DNA of 62,508 bases, filler included, from Klebsormidium nitens (lineage: Eukaryota > Plantae > Klebsormidiophyceae), in NCBI GenBank assembly GCA_000708835.1. It is 4 parts of 4 records of this genome, joined end to end, with 100 filler letters (N's around TTAATTAATTAA, not from the genome) between each part and the next. Parts side by side here need not be neighbours in the genome. Positions count along the whole stretch, not along the records: positions 49,369 to 62,508 come from DF238074.1; 3 more parts are not named here. One strand, given 5' to 3'. Numbering within the stretch: position 1 is the stretch's first letter; the number at the start of each line of letters is the position of its first letter. Both the position numbers and the translations under genes were made by a program. Shown in pieces: positions 61,860-62,508 of the stretch. The notes beneath the pieces are model-generated. The model did no database searches and was not told the origin of the DNA. It saw only the letters and a program-made list of their open reading frames with translations.

Positions 61860-62400
61860 GCCTAGATGACTACCTCTTCAGTGAGGCCGGACTGGTCGTG
61901 TACAATATTTCCTACCAGGAAAGCATCAAAACCTCCCCGTTTATTGCAGTATACGGTCGGAAACCTGTCATCCGCGCCGATCTGCTGTTTAAATGGTTGC
62001 GCGCTTTGCCATTCGATCAGGCAATCGACCCCTCTTTTGAGGACCACCTCAAACGCCTACAAAACCTTCGCAACATACAACAACAAATCAAAGTGCATAT
62101 CGAAGAGTCCCAAGTCAAAGCGAAAGAGAATTATGCTAGGTGGAATGCAAAAAGAATCAAAAGGCGGATTGATGATCTCAGAAAAGGTGACTATGTCCTA
62201 ATGCAGAAACCAGGTGTTATTCGAGGATTCCGCCTTCATTGGGAAGGCCCGTACGTCTTCAAAGGATGGGTAGTACCAGGAGATAAGCGTCTTGCAGTCT
62301 TGATGGACGTGAGACGTCAAGTTTGGTACCGCAAAGGAACCGAAGTCGTTAAGGTCGAACTTCCCTTATTCGCAGATTCAAAACCCTATTACCCGTGGGA
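61860..62400 (+). mobile_element. Gypsy integrase C-terminal fragment, probably from a second element
   Basis: It reads VYNISYQESIKTSPFIAVYGRKP...LRKGDYVLMQKPG...FRLHWEGPY. It repeats the AYN-type helix already present as FSYTT at 61290-61303. Confidence 0.75.
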
Positions 62401-62508
62401 CAGAAATGTGAAGACGTCTTCATGCATATCTCATGCTTCGCTCCATCTTTTTGCGATCCATCTGTTGCACATGAAAGGATACATAAAAAGGTACCCCGTA
62501 AGCCTTAG

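Overview
This is eukaryotic nuclear DNA: GT-AG intron-rich genes, GC-rich codons and heavy retrotransposon decay. Gene content and the N-gap/TTAATTAATTAA linker style suggest a streptophyte alga such as Klebsormidium; that is an inference, and no database was searched. A gene island at about 10-33 kb holds a SPIRAL1-like gene (+), a complete 3-exon yippee-like gene (-), a complete 17-exon, 1133-aa cellulose synthase (+) and an Em/GsiB-type LEA gene (-) with 21 20-aa repeats. The synthase mixes CesA and CslD signatures, and at least three of its introns carry out-of-frame duplicated splice acceptors. The LEA repeat looks bacterial rather than land-plant. The left flank has a 1.24-kb tandem duplication, a 252-bp in-frame plastid ndhK fragment and orphan exons. 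The right flank is a nested stack of Ty1/copia elements with half-tRNA-type primer sites and verified TSDs, a 651-bp TAC...GTA TIR element with a 5-bp TSD, a ~70-bp repeat/spacer-like array and a defective Ty3/gypsy element. No rRNA, tRNA or true CRISPR-Cas locus is supported. All family assignments come from motif recognition by eye.
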